A stretch of 27,642 nt of DNA, from positions 1-27,642 of the IMG/VR virus record IMGVR_UViG_3300020045_005617; one strand, 5' to 3'. Positions 17,407-25,401 of this stretch are shown piece after piece. The translations under genes were made by a program, and so were the position numbers. The notes under the pieces are model-generated. The model ran no database searches. It saw nothing but the letters and a program-made list of their open reading frames with translations, and was not told the DNA's origin. The number at the start of each line of letters is the position of its first letter. The first letter of the stretch is position 1. The DNA comes from a virus. Taxonomy: Duplodnaviria; Caudoviricetes.

Positions 17407-17443
17407 GGTCGGGCAATTACTCCAGTTCTTGCTCGACCTTTTT
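17407..17443 (+). terminator. Intrinsic terminator
   Basis: GGTCGGGCAA/TTGCTCGACC 10-bp stem (one G-U) followed by T5. Confidence 0.75.
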
Positions 17444-17458
17444 ATAAAGGAGAATGAA

Positions 17459-17596
17459 ATGGAAAAGTCACCGTATCAAATTGCATTGAACCATCTTGAA
17501 GATCTTTTAAATATTCTTACTGACTGTGGCTGTGAGGACTTAGACGCTGAAAAGTTTTTAATAAAAGCTCGCGAGGCGATGGAAGCTCATGGCTGA
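17459..17596 (+). CDS. Small 45-aa protein (not in ORF track)
   Basis: AAGGAG RBS; MEKSPYQIALNHLEDLLNILTDCGCEDLDAEKFLIKAREAMEAHG*. Confidence 0.65.
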   Translation: MEKSPYQIALNHLEDLLNILTDCGCEDLDAEKFLIKAREAMEAHG

Positions 17597-17705
17597 AGTA
17601 CTAGAATTATTAGGAATGGGTATGGCAATTCTAGGACTTGGGTTGCTATCTCTTTTAACTATAGGATTGACCGTGAGGTTCTTCACAGAGGATAAATGGC
17701 GATGA
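17589..17705 (+). CDS. 38-aa single-TM peptide (not in ORF track)
   Basis: MAEVLELLGMGMAILGLGLLSLLTIGLTVRFFTEDKWR*; overlaps both neighbours. Confidence 0.55.
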   Translation: MAEVLELLGMGMAILGLGLLSLLTIGLTVRFFTEDKWR

Positions 17706-17935
17706 TCCGTCAAACCAGCATCGACGCGTATCGAAAGATCGAAGCGGAAGGCCTTCTCAGTAAAAGACGATGGCAGGTCTACGATATTTTATATGAGTTC
17801 GGGCCAATGACTGGCGGGGAATGTTTCGCTAAGCTTATAGAGAAGCATAAATTTCAATTCCCAACAAATTCTAACGTGACCACACGACTCGGTGAACTTA
17901 GAGGCCTTGGGTGCGCGATGGAAAAACGTAAATAG
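17696..17935 (+). CDS. Winged-helix-like DNA-binding protein, possibly C-terminally truncated
   Basis: TSIDAY...RRWQVYDILYEFGPMTGGE...NVTTRLGELRGLG; stops inside a 26-nt repeat. Confidence 0.6.
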   Translation: MAMIRQTSIDAYRKIEAEGLLSKRRWQVYDILYEFGPMTGGECFAKLIEKHKFQFPTNSNVTTRLGELRGLGCAMEKRK

Positions 17936-17938
17936 AGA
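17913..17938 (+). repeat. 26-nt direct repeat, copy 1
   Basis: GCGCgATGGAAAAACGTAAATAGAGA; copy 2 at 18585-18610 has one mismatch. Confidence 0.9.
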
Positions 17939-17940
17939 TA

Positions 17941-18138
17941 ATGAAGATAGTCGCAGCTGCTACTGCGTCCGAATACTTCGCGAGTATGAACGGGTATGAC
18001 TACACAGGCGATCCAATCAGTAATGAGATGGCATTCTACGTTGAAGAGATGGTAGAAAAGCTAGGCAAGAAATTCGAGCAAGATACTCCGACGCAAGAGG
18101 ATTGCTTTAACTACCTTTTGAAGATTAAGAAAAAATGA
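17941..18138 (+). CDS. Hypothetical protein
   Basis: 65 aa, ATGA overlap with the next gene. Confidence 0.55.
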   Translation: MKIVAAATASEYFASMNGYDYTGDPISNEMAFYVEEMVEKLGKKFEQDTPTQEDCFNYLLKIKKK

Positions 18139-18494
18139 CCCAAGATTCAGACCAAGAAAAGATCGCGGCAATAGTTGGGGGCACAAAGCATGATGGGGAA
18201 AAAGTACGGCTTGACCTGTTATCGTCGTTATGGATTGAAGGCGTTGGTAGTGTCCTTACATTTGGGTCAAAGAAATATTCAGCTCACAATTGGAGAAAAG
18301 GCATTGTCTTATCGAGACTGCTCGGGGCTTGTTTGCGGCACGTGTTCGCATTCCTTAAAGGAGAAGACAAAGATCCTGAGACTGGGCTCTCACACCTTAG
18401 TCATGCGTCTTGCTGTCTTATGTTTGCATCGGAATTATATGAAACAAGACCTGACCTAGATGACCGTTACAAAGGAGAAACAAATGAAGCATGA
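18135..18494 (+). CDS. dATP/dGTP diphosphohydrolase-like (DUF5664) protein
   Basis: GTKHDGEKVRLDLL...VLTFGSKKYSAHNWRKG...DPETGLSHLSHA...DDR. Confidence 0.85.
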   Translation: MTQDSDQEKIAAIVGGTKHDGEKVRLDLLSSLWIEGVGSVLTFGSKKYSAHNWRKGIVLSRLLGACLRHVFAFLKGEDKDPETGLSHLSHASCCLMFASELYETRPDLDDRYKGETNEA

Positions 18495-18546
18495 ACCAAC
18501 TTGTATAATATATTTAGGTTGCACTTGCGGAGGTAAAAAGAAATGA
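18484..18546 (+). CDS. 20-aa Cys-containing mini-ORF
   Basis: AAAGGAG RBS; MKHEPTCIIYLGCTCGGKKK*; ATGA-coupled to the next gene. Confidence 0.4.
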   Translation: MKHEPTCIIYLGCTCGGKKK

Positions 18547-18815
18547 GTTATGTCGAACAGTCGCAAGAAGTAGCCATTAATGAAGCGCAATGGAAAAACG
18601 TAAATAGAGAGCTGTCAGAAGCGAGGGAAGTTATTAAATTTTATGCTGATAAAAAAAACTGGGATGAAGGTTGTTGTGGGCTTTACAAAGTAAATGCTGT
18701 TACACATGGTTCTGATATAGAAGATTTTGCTCCCGGTTATTTCGGCAATAAGTTCGGCGGAAAAATTGCAAGAGATTTTTTAAAGAAAACAATGCAAGGG
18801 GAAAATCATGAGTGA
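18543..18815 (+). CDS. Hypothetical protein
   Basis: GGAGG RBS; EVIKFYAD...GGKIARDFL pattern of small phage early proteins. Confidence 0.65.
   Translation: MSYVEQSQEVAINEAQWKNVNRELSEAREVIKFYADKKNWDEGCCGLYKVNAVTHGSDIEDFAPGYFGNKFGGKIARDFLKKTMQGENHE
18585..18610 (+). repeat. 26-nt direct repeat, copy 2
   Basis: GCGCaATGGAAAAACGTAAATAGAGA. Confidence 0.9.
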
Positions 18816-18966
18816 CTGTGCAAAGTGTGCCCACATTAAATTGCTGGACAAGCGAATGAGGATAGCGACCATAGCCTTATCAGAGATTGTCAAAACAATT
18901 GAAGATGAAGCAGCTAAAGCGATTGCAAAAAAAGCGATTGAAGAAATTAAGAAGATCAACACATGA
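18808..18966 (+). CDS. 52-aa protein (not in ORF track)
   Basis: AAGGGG RBS; MSDCAKCAHIKLLDKRMRIATIALSEI...AKKAIEEIKKINT*. Confidence 0.6.
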   Translation: MSDCAKCAHIKLLDKRMRIATIALSEIVKTIEDEAAKAIAKKAIEEIKKINT

Positions 18967-18987
18967 ATGATTATCTAGGAACAGTAT

Positions 18988-19365
18988 ATGCCTAATTATT
19001 TACCTGTTTTGCAATTTGAAGCTATCAAAGAGATTAGGGATATTCTTAAACGGATGCAAGACGTTCCACTTATACCTGAAAATAACTGTCCTGATAAGGA
19101 CAATTGCACCGCAATGCCATATGTATATGTCCCAAAAGAGACAGTTAAGATGAGGCAGTATTTATTGAGAGAAAACAGGTGGAGCACAGGTGTTAGGTAT
19201 TTTATTGATGATGACAAAATAGATGAAAATACAATTCACGTTTTCGAAATCCAAAAAGGCAGTCGTGTGGTGTCGAGGGAAGATCTTGTTAGATTTTGGA
19301 ATACTCAGATAGCGGGTTGGGACATGGAAGATTTATTAAAAGAGTTGGGGTTTGACAATGAATAA
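18988..19365 (+). CDS. Hypothetical protein
   Basis: 125 aa in the early operon. Confidence 0.6.
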   Translation: MPNYLPVLQFEAIKEIRDILKRMQDVPLIPENNCPDKDNCTAMPYVYVPKETVKMRQYLLRENRWSTGVRYFIDDDKIDENTIHVFEIQKGSRVVSREDLVRFWNTQIAGWDMEDLLKELGFDNE

Positions 19366-19615
19366 AAAAGAATTTAAAGACCTTATGGTGTCGGTAGAAT
19401 TAGTAGATGAATTTTTCTTTGAGCAGTATCCAAATGATTATAAAATATGGAAAAATAAAACAGCATTATGGTTCACAGTTAAAAATCCAATGTTAGGGGG
19501 AGCTGTGCCTATGGAACTATTTTACCGTGGTCGTGGTCATAAAGTTTTGTCATTTATTAAGGGCGCATTAAGCGAGAATAAATGTGATCTTAAAATGAAA
19601 GGCCGCGCGACCTGA
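19358..19615 (+). CDS. MbcA/ParS/Xre antitoxin C-terminal-like domain protein
   Basis: KTALWFTVKNPMLGGAVPMELFYRGRGHKV fits the WxxxxNxxLGGxxPxxL signature. Confidence 0.7.
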   Translation: MNKKEFKDLMVSVELVDEFFFEQYPNDYKIWKNKTALWFTVKNPMLGGAVPMELFYRGRGHKVLSFIKGALSENKCDLKMKGRAT

Positions 19616-19674
19616 TTCGAACAGGAACTCCACAGAGTTTCTCATGTGGCATTTTGCCATTAAACTATCGCGCG
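19601..19674 (-). ncRNA. tRNA-like cloverleaf with non-canonical anticodon arm (pseudo-tRNA)
   Basis: CGCGCGA-TA-GTTT AATGGCA AAAT-G-CCACA TGAGAAACTC TGTGG-AGTT-CCTG TTCGAAT CAGG-TCGCGCG-GCC. Confidence 0.75.
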
Positions 19675-19690
19675 CACCCGTTGTGGGGGA

Positions 19691-19786
19691 TCACTTCCTG
19701 ATGGCGATCATAAGGACTATGCAAAAAAGTGAAAGGCCAATCCACAACAAACTCCCAGCACAAACCATAATCGATAATTCGACCAT
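19691..19786 (-). CDS. 31-aa hydrophobic membrane peptide (not in ORF track)
   Basis: GGGGAGG RBS; MVELSIMVCAGSLLWIGLSLFCIVLMIAIRK*. Confidence 0.65.
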   Translation of the reverse strand: MVELSIMVCAGSLLWIGLSLFCIVLMIAIRK

Positions 19787-19870
19787 ATATGCCTCCCCAT
19801 GGTTATATAATATTTTAATATTAAATAATTGCTATTTATAAAACGTTGACTCGGGTAGAATAATAATTGA

Positions 19871-20569
19871 ATGCTTAATCCGAAATCGCCTATCCTGGTA
19901 ATTTCAGATTTACAAATTCCGTTCGAACACCGTGATGCCCTCAGCTTTTGTAAATATCTGAAGCGTCATTATAATATCAGCGATGAAAATGTTCTCTGCG
20001 TAGGGGATGAGTTAGACCAGCTCAATGCCTCTATGTATCCGAAGAACCCTAACGTTCCGCTATCAGCAGTCTCAGAAATAGCTTTAAGCCGCGATCGACT
20101 AAGGGAGTGGGCAAACGTATTCCCTCAAATGAAACTGGCCATAAGCAATCATGGAATCAGGTGGGTTAAGAAAGCTACCGCAGCCGAGATTCCAGAAACG
20201 GTTCTTCGGTCTTATCAACAGATATTTGAAACACCACCGGAATGGATTTGGAGAAATGAATGGCGGTTCACTAGTCTCAAGCATCCCTTTCGCATGGTAC
20301 ACGGCCAGGGTTACTCAGGCAAAGATGGTCATCGCAACGCCGCGCTCGACGCGAACATCAGCACAATTATCGGTCACCTCCACTCCCACGCAGCCGTAGA
20401 CTACCTGGAACTTAATGGGGGTAAACAAATGTGGGCCGTAAATACTGGCTGCATGATCGACATAGAGGCCTATGCATTTGAATATGAACGTCTCAATAGA
20501 GCGAAACCGATACTAGGCGTCACAGTTATTTTTAAAGAAGGTAAGATGCCAGTTTTTCATCCGTTGTGA
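19871..20569 (+). CDS. Calcineurin-like metallophosphoesterase
   Basis: ISDLQIP, GDELD, SNH, VHG and GHLH motifs. Confidence 0.85.
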   Translation: MLNPKSPILVISDLQIPFEHRDALSFCKYLKRHYNISDENVLCVGDELDQLNASMYPKNPNVPLSAVSEIALSRDRLREWANVFPQMKLAISNHGIRWVKKATAAEIPETVLRSYQQIFETPPEWIWRNEWRFTSLKHPFRMVHGQGYSGKDGHRNAALDANISTIIGHLHSHAAVDYLELNGGKQMWAVNTGCMIDIEAYAFEYERLNRAKPILGVTVIFKEGKMPVFHPL

Positions 20570-20580
20570 AGTCAAACGTA

Positions 20581-20650
20581 GGTCGATCTTAAATCACCTT
20601 CGCAATACCCCATTTAAGATCGACTCTCATAAGCACTAAATAGGGGGTAA
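20581..20650. other. 13-bp perfect inverted repeat/hairpin with possible pseudoknot
   Basis: GTCGATCTTAAAT (20582-20594) / ATTTAAGATCGAC (20612-20624); loop TACCCC is complementary to GGGGTA at 20644-20649. Confidence 0.65.
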
Positions 20651-20748
20651 TTTATTTTCCTAAAGTTATTGTTTGCAGTTACCGATAAGTCTAAACTGTC
20701 AAAATAACAACTGTTGATAAAAGTCAAATCTCTGCCATTGTCAAATAT

Positions 20749-21078
20749 ATGAGCAAACACAAAAATCATGCCGACCTTATCGACCCAGTACAATCTCTAG
20801 AGGAGGCAGCTCCAAGCTCGAAGAAAGCATTCCCAATAGGATGCTTCATGATTAGCTTAGACACGTTAAAGAATCTCAACATGAGTTTACCAGAAGCTAT
20901 GGAGCAACTCGAGTGCGGTCTAATCGTTGAAGCGATTGAAAAGCATCAATCTAATTTCTCACAGGCCGCTAAAACTTTAGGCATCAATCGAACCACATTC
21001 ATGATGAAGCTTCGTAAGCTCAGGAACTACGGCATCGAACCAAAAGCATATCGACAAAAGTTTTCATTTCAGAGTTAA
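20749..21078 (+). CDS. Fis-family (HTH_8) DNA-binding protein
   Basis: LECGLIVEAIEKHQSNFSQAAKTLGINRTTFMMKLRK. Confidence 0.85.
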   Translation: MSKHKNHADLIDPVQSLEEAAPSSKKAFPIGCFMISLDTLKNLNMSLPEAMEQLECGLIVEAIEKHQSNFSQAAKTLGINRTTFMMKLRKLRNYGIEPKAYRQKFSFQS

Positions 21079-21081
21079 GTT

Positions 21082-21477
21082 ATGGCCAACAAACCACGCA
21101 AAAAGATTGACCCTGCTGATGTCATCGCATTAGCTGTAAGAGATTGTTCAAACGTAGGAATTGCAGCGCACTTTGATATTTCCGTTGACACACTAATGCG
21201 TAGATTTTCTAAGGAATTACATTTAGGTCGAGAAAAGGGGAAGCTCGCGATAGGAACGGTTCTTTACGATGAAGCAGTAAACAATAGAAATACAAGGCTT
21301 ATAGAACACCTTTCTAAAACCAGATTAAAAAATGTAGAGCAAACAAATTTAGAATTAAGTGGCAATAGAGACAATCCAATCCAGCATGAAGTAAATTATA
21401 AACACCTATCAACAGACGAGTTAATTGCTCTTGAGTCGTTACTTGAGAAGGCGGCAAGCGGTGGGAAATCAGATTAA
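21082..21477 (+). CDS. terS: Terminase small subunit
   Basis: N-terminal HTH, C-terminal ELSGNRDNPI...LSTDELIAL; directly upstream of TerL. Confidence 0.75.
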   Translation: MANKPRKKIDPADVIALAVRDCSNVGIAAHFDISVDTLMRRFSKELHLGREKGKLAIGTVLYDEAVNNRNTRLIEHLSKTRLKNVEQTNLELSGNRDNPIQHEVNYKHLSTDELIALESLLEKAASGGKSD

Positions 21478-22936
21478 TCGTGAAGAACTGCAAAGAGAAC
21501 TAGCGCGCCGGTCATTCAAATACTTTGTAAAGAAAACCAAACCTGATTATCATTTTAATTGGCATCACGAAATCATGTGCCAGAAATTGCAAGACTTCGC
21601 TAGTGGTAAAATAAAACGTCTTATGCTATTCGCGCCACCCAGACATGGGAAGACCGAACTGGTTTCCAGACGCTTGCCACCATTTCTTTTCGGTCAAAAT
21701 AAAAACTGTAAAATTATTTCAACCTCGTATGGTGCTGAGTTGTCATCGACAGTGAATAGGGATGTTCAAAGGATAATTGATTCGCAATCATATATTGATA
21801 TTTTCCCAGAAGTTGCTCTCAGTAGTTCAAACGTAAGAACAGCAGCAAAGGGAAATTGGATGAGGAACAACGACGTATTTGAAATCGTAGGGACTTCAGG
21901 ATCATATCGTTGCGCTGGTGTTGGTGGGGCTATCACTGGTCTAGGCGGCGATTATCTTATTATTGATGACCCAATTAAAAACTATGAGGAAGCCAAGTCA
22001 CCCACGATTAGGCGAAAGGTTTGGGAGTGGTATACATCTACCCTTTACACTCGTCAGGAAAAGGATGCCGGTATTCTTATAATTCAAACACGGTGGAATG
22101 AGAGTGATCTATCTGGAATTCTTTTAGAGGAAATGAAAAAAGGCGGGGAGTTCGCCGATCAATGGGAAGTTATTTCATTCCCAGCATTACTTGAATATCA
22201 AAACGACTATGACCCTAGAAATGTAGGCGATGCACTATGGCCTTGGAAATATGATGAACGCTTTTTAAAAGTTACCAAAGCAACTCTAGGTTCGTTTCAA
22301 TTCAACGCCCTTTATCAGCAGAACCCAACACCGGACGAAGGCGCTTACGTTAAAACCTCTTGGTTAAAATATTATGATCAGCTACCAGCAAAGTTTGATG
22401 AGATAATCCAAAGTTGGGATATGAGTTTCGGTTCTACGAGCGAGTCAGCATCGTTCGTTGTCGGCTCTATCTATGGTCGTAATGGTGCAGAGATTTATTT
22501 AATTGACCAAGTGCGAAAGCAAATGGACTTTGTTGAAACGATTTCAGAAGTCCAAAGAATGACAGCCCGTCACCCGCTCGCCATTAGAAAATTGATTGAG
22601 AAAAAAGCCAATGGTCAAGCGGTCATTGATATTCTAGGAAAGAAGATTCAAGGCATGATACCGATAGAACCAGACTCATCGAAGGAGTCGCGTTTTGCTA
22701 GTTGTCAGCCTTTATATGAAGCTGGAAATGTTTTTTATCCTAGCCAACATTTGAAACCTTGGATCGCAGATCATGTGGATGAAATTGTAGGCTTTCCCAA
22801 TGCAAAGTTTAATGACAGAGTAGATACTGAATCACAAGCACTGAATTACTTTCGACGTTCTGGCATTGGTGAATTCACAAAAGATATGGCACAATTAAAA
22901 CCATCAGGTTTAGGGTTAGGTTCAGCGAAATGGTAA
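21461..22936 (+). CDS. terL: Terminase large subunit
   Basis: Walker A PPRHGKT, Walker B LIIDDP, QTRW, YQQNP, nuclease SWD...FPNAKFNDRVD. Likely start GTG 21461. Confidence 0.95.
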   Translation: MGNQINREELQRELARRSFKYFVKKTKPDYHFNWHHEIMCQKLQDFASGKIKRLMLFAPPRHGKTELVSRRLPPFLFGQNKNCKIISTSYGAELSSTVNRDVQRIIDSQSYIDIFPEVALSSSNVRTAAKGNWMRNNDVFEIVGTSGSYRCAGVGGAITGLGGDYLIIDDPIKNYEEAKSPTIRRKVWEWYTSTLYTRQEKDAGILIIQTRWNESDLSGILLEEMKKGGEFADQWEVISFPALLEYQNDYDPRNVGDALWPWKYDERFLKVTKATLGSFQFNALYQQNPTPDEGAYVKTSWLKYYDQLPAKFDEIIQSWDMSFGSTSESASFVVGSIYGRNGAEIYLIDQVRKQMDFVETISEVQRMTARHPLAIRKLIEKKANGQAVIDILGKKIQGMIPIEPDSSKESRFASCQPLYEAGNVFYPSQHLKPWIADHVDEIVGFPNAKFNDRVDTESQALNYFRRSGIGEFTKDMAQLKPSGLGLGSAKW

Positions 22937-22946
22937 GGGAGAAAAC

Positions 22947-25364
22947 ATGGCACTAATGGACGTCCTAAAAAGTCTACTCACCACAAGGGGTCAGTCAAAA
23001 GGCGAAAGTGTTCCAACCCCACCACCGTTTCCAAAAGTTCCTATGATAGGACCAGTCCCAGTTAAGACCGTCGAGATAGGTACTACCGGAACACAAATCT
23101 ATGCTGGTTATCTTTCAGAAGATTACTTATCAGAACTAGAGGGTCGTGATTGGGCAGAACTAGTCGATAAAATGAGACGCTCAGACCCGAATGTGAAGAT
23201 GATTCTTTCCGCGCTCAAGTCACCCATTAAATCTTCGAACTGGTATGTCAAGGTCACTGAGCAATCCGACACAGCGGAAATGCAAAAGAAGTTAATTGAG
23301 AAAGTTCTATTTGAGGACATTAATAAGTCCTTCACAAAGTTTATTGGTGAAGCTTTGACGATGGTAGACTTTGGCTATTCGTTATTTGAAATCACATATC
23401 AGGTTAATTTAGAAGATAAAGAGATAGGCACTTATAATACTCTTAAAAGTTTAGCTTGGCGTTCACAGCGAACGATAGAGAAGTGGAACGTCGAACCAGA
23501 CGGAACCCTTATGAGCGTAATGCAAATCGCTTATGGTGACCTCACTCGTTTCGTTGATCTTGATTCAAGATTCCTTTTACACTTCTCTCCTGAACAAGAA
23601 GGCGATAACTTCGCCGGTATCTCTGTTCTCCGATCTTGTTATGGTAATTGGCTTAGAAAGAATATGTATTTGAAGATGCTGGCCGCTGGTATGGAAAAGT
23701 ATGCTATACCAACTCCGATCATGCACGTGCCAGCGAACACACAATCATCAGGGGCCGAGTATACGAACGCATTGAATGCACTTCAGTGCTACGTTTCAAG
23801 CCAGAATAACTTCATGGTTCTACCGGAAGGTTGGAAGCTTGAATTCAATAATGTAAACTTTGACGCCGAGAAAATTATCACAGCAGTTGACTATGAAAAT
23901 AAAGAAATGGTGAAATCAATTCTCGCGTCATTCTTATTACTCGGACAGGGCTCATCAGGTAGTTTTGCTCTTTCATCTACCTTGTCCGATTTCTTTTCTC
24001 AGTCAGTGACATACCTTGCCGACCACATAATTGAGCAGCTAATGCGAAAGGTTGTGAAGCCGATTATTCAAATGAATATGGGCGATGTTCCAATTGAAAT
24101 TGAAATCGTATGTGACGGACTAGAGGATAAGGCTACTGGTGAGTGGGCAACGATGCTTAAAACTTTGGTAGACGCTGGCTTAATTAGTCCGGACGGAATG
24201 ATTGAGGATTTGATTAGAGAGCGAATCAAGTTTCCTGAAAAAGCTGAAGTTGAATCAGAAGCACCAATGCAAGCACCAATAGATTCACCCGCACCGCCAG
24301 CTCAGTTTGCAGAAAAAAAAAAGAGCAAAAAAGCAAAAAGCCTAGATCTAGACGAACCAATCCGTGACGGAGCTAAAGATCTTCGGTCTATATTTAAAGT
24401 GATGCTCGATTATTTGGGGCAAGATTACATTCGTCGAGTGATCAACACTAAAAACTCATTGCCTGCGAATTCGCACATCAAGGCTCCGAATCAAACTGAG
24501 CCTATCAATCTCGGAAAGTATGTTAGTATCCTTAACGGCGCTTACGCATCAATTTCGTTAGACTCTTACAATAAAGCCGATGCGATCTTTCCAAAGAAGA
24601 AAAAGAAACTATCAGAGGTTAGGATTCTAGCGACTCGTCAGCAACGGATTGATCAACTCACTAGAGAAATGAATAATCTTTTTAATCAAATGGAAACTGT
24701 AACAAAGAATACGAATGCAGCGAACTGGGATAAGGAAACGAAGTCTATCTTTGCCGAGCTGACTTCAGCCTATGCAGAGAAGTCTAAACTTTACGTTGAA
24801 CTTGTCGGGCAAGAAATCCCAGCATTGAATCGATCGCTATTAAATAACTCCGCCAGGGCAGAGACTTTGGCGAACACTCAAATCAATGATCTGGTAAAAC
24901 AGATCGACCTTCAGTATCAATCAAGTCTCACAACCACAGATAGCGACGATCAATTATTCAACGATATGTCAGAATCTTTAGACGATACTTTAGATGGGAC
25001 AATTCTATTTGGAGCCGACATTGCGGCCAATCAAGCAGCGAATGAAACGCTCCGCGATGTAGCAGACGCATTCGAAGAAGAAACGGGTGACAAGATTGTG
25101 TCGTGGACTTTCGTTGCCGTCGATGATGATAAGACTACCGAGCTTTGTCTAGAATTGGACGGAAGCACTTGGGAGGATGGTGACCCAGCAATTGATAAAT
25201 ATACCCCACCTTTGCACTTCAATTGTCGATCATACATGCAACCGAATCTCGCTTCATTCTCCGATAACCCGGATGTGAGTGGACTAGATTCTAAGAAATC
25301 GACCAAGTGGTTCGATGACAGAATCCAATTCTCGGAGCGCAAACTCAAGGGTGTCAAAAAATAA
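22947..25364 (+). CDS. Portal protein (DUF935/Mu gp29-like) fused to MuF-like minor head domain
   Basis: Follows TerL; N-terminal ~450 aa portal-like (GISVLRSCY, GSFALS); C-terminal DDKTTELC...PPLHFNCRS MuF motif. Confidence 0.85.
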   Translation: MALMDVLKSLLTTRGQSKGESVPTPPPFPKVPMIGPVPVKTVEIGTTGTQIYAGYLSEDYLSELEGRDWAELVDKMRRSDPNVKMILSALKSPIKSSNWYVKVTEQSDTAEMQKKLIEKVLFEDINKSFTKFIGEALTMVDFGYSLFEITYQVNLEDKEIGTYNTLKSLAWRSQRTIEKWNVEPDGTLMSVMQIAYGDLTRFVDLDSRFLLHFSPEQEGDNFAGISVLRSCYGNWLRKNMYLKMLAAGMEKYAIPTPIMHVPANTQSSGAEYTNALNALQCYVSSQNNFMVLPEGWKLEFNNVNFDAEKIITAVDYENKEMVKSILASFLLLGQGSSGSFALSSTLSDFFSQSVTYLADHIIEQLMRKVVKPIIQMNMGDVPIEIEIVCDGLEDKATGEWATMLKTLVDAGLISPDGMIEDLIRERIKFPEKAEVESEAPMQAPIDSPAPPAQFAEKKKSKKAKSLDLDEPIRDGAKDLRSIFKVMLDYLGQDYIRRVINTKNSLPANSHIKAPNQTEPINLGKYVSILNGAYASISLDSYNKADAIFPKKKKKLSEVRILATRQQRIDQLTREMNNLFNQMETVTKNTNAANWDKETKSIFAELTSAYAEKSKLYVELVGQEIPALNRSLLNNSARAETLANTQINDLVKQIDLQYQSSLTTTDSDDQLFNDMSESLDDTLDGTILFGADIAANQAANETLRDVADAFEEETGDKIVSWTFVAVDDDKTTELCLELDGSTWEDGDPAIDKYTPPLHFNCRSYMQPNLASFSDNPDVSGLDSKKSTKWFDDRIQFSERKLKGVKK

Positions 25365-25401
25365 GTAATTGATCCAAACGCTTTGTAGCCTCATTCTGTA
25401 A

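Noticed and set aside
19644-19841. Plus-strand 65-aa ORF from the track
   Set aside because: No RBS; overlaps the minus-strand peptide gene and tRNA-like element, which have better support.
18135-20569. Base-modification (Z-genome or deazaguanine) pathway suggested by DUF5664 and the phosphoesterase
   Set aside because: No PurZ, Que/Dpd or polymerase genes in the window; both families are common in ordinary phages.
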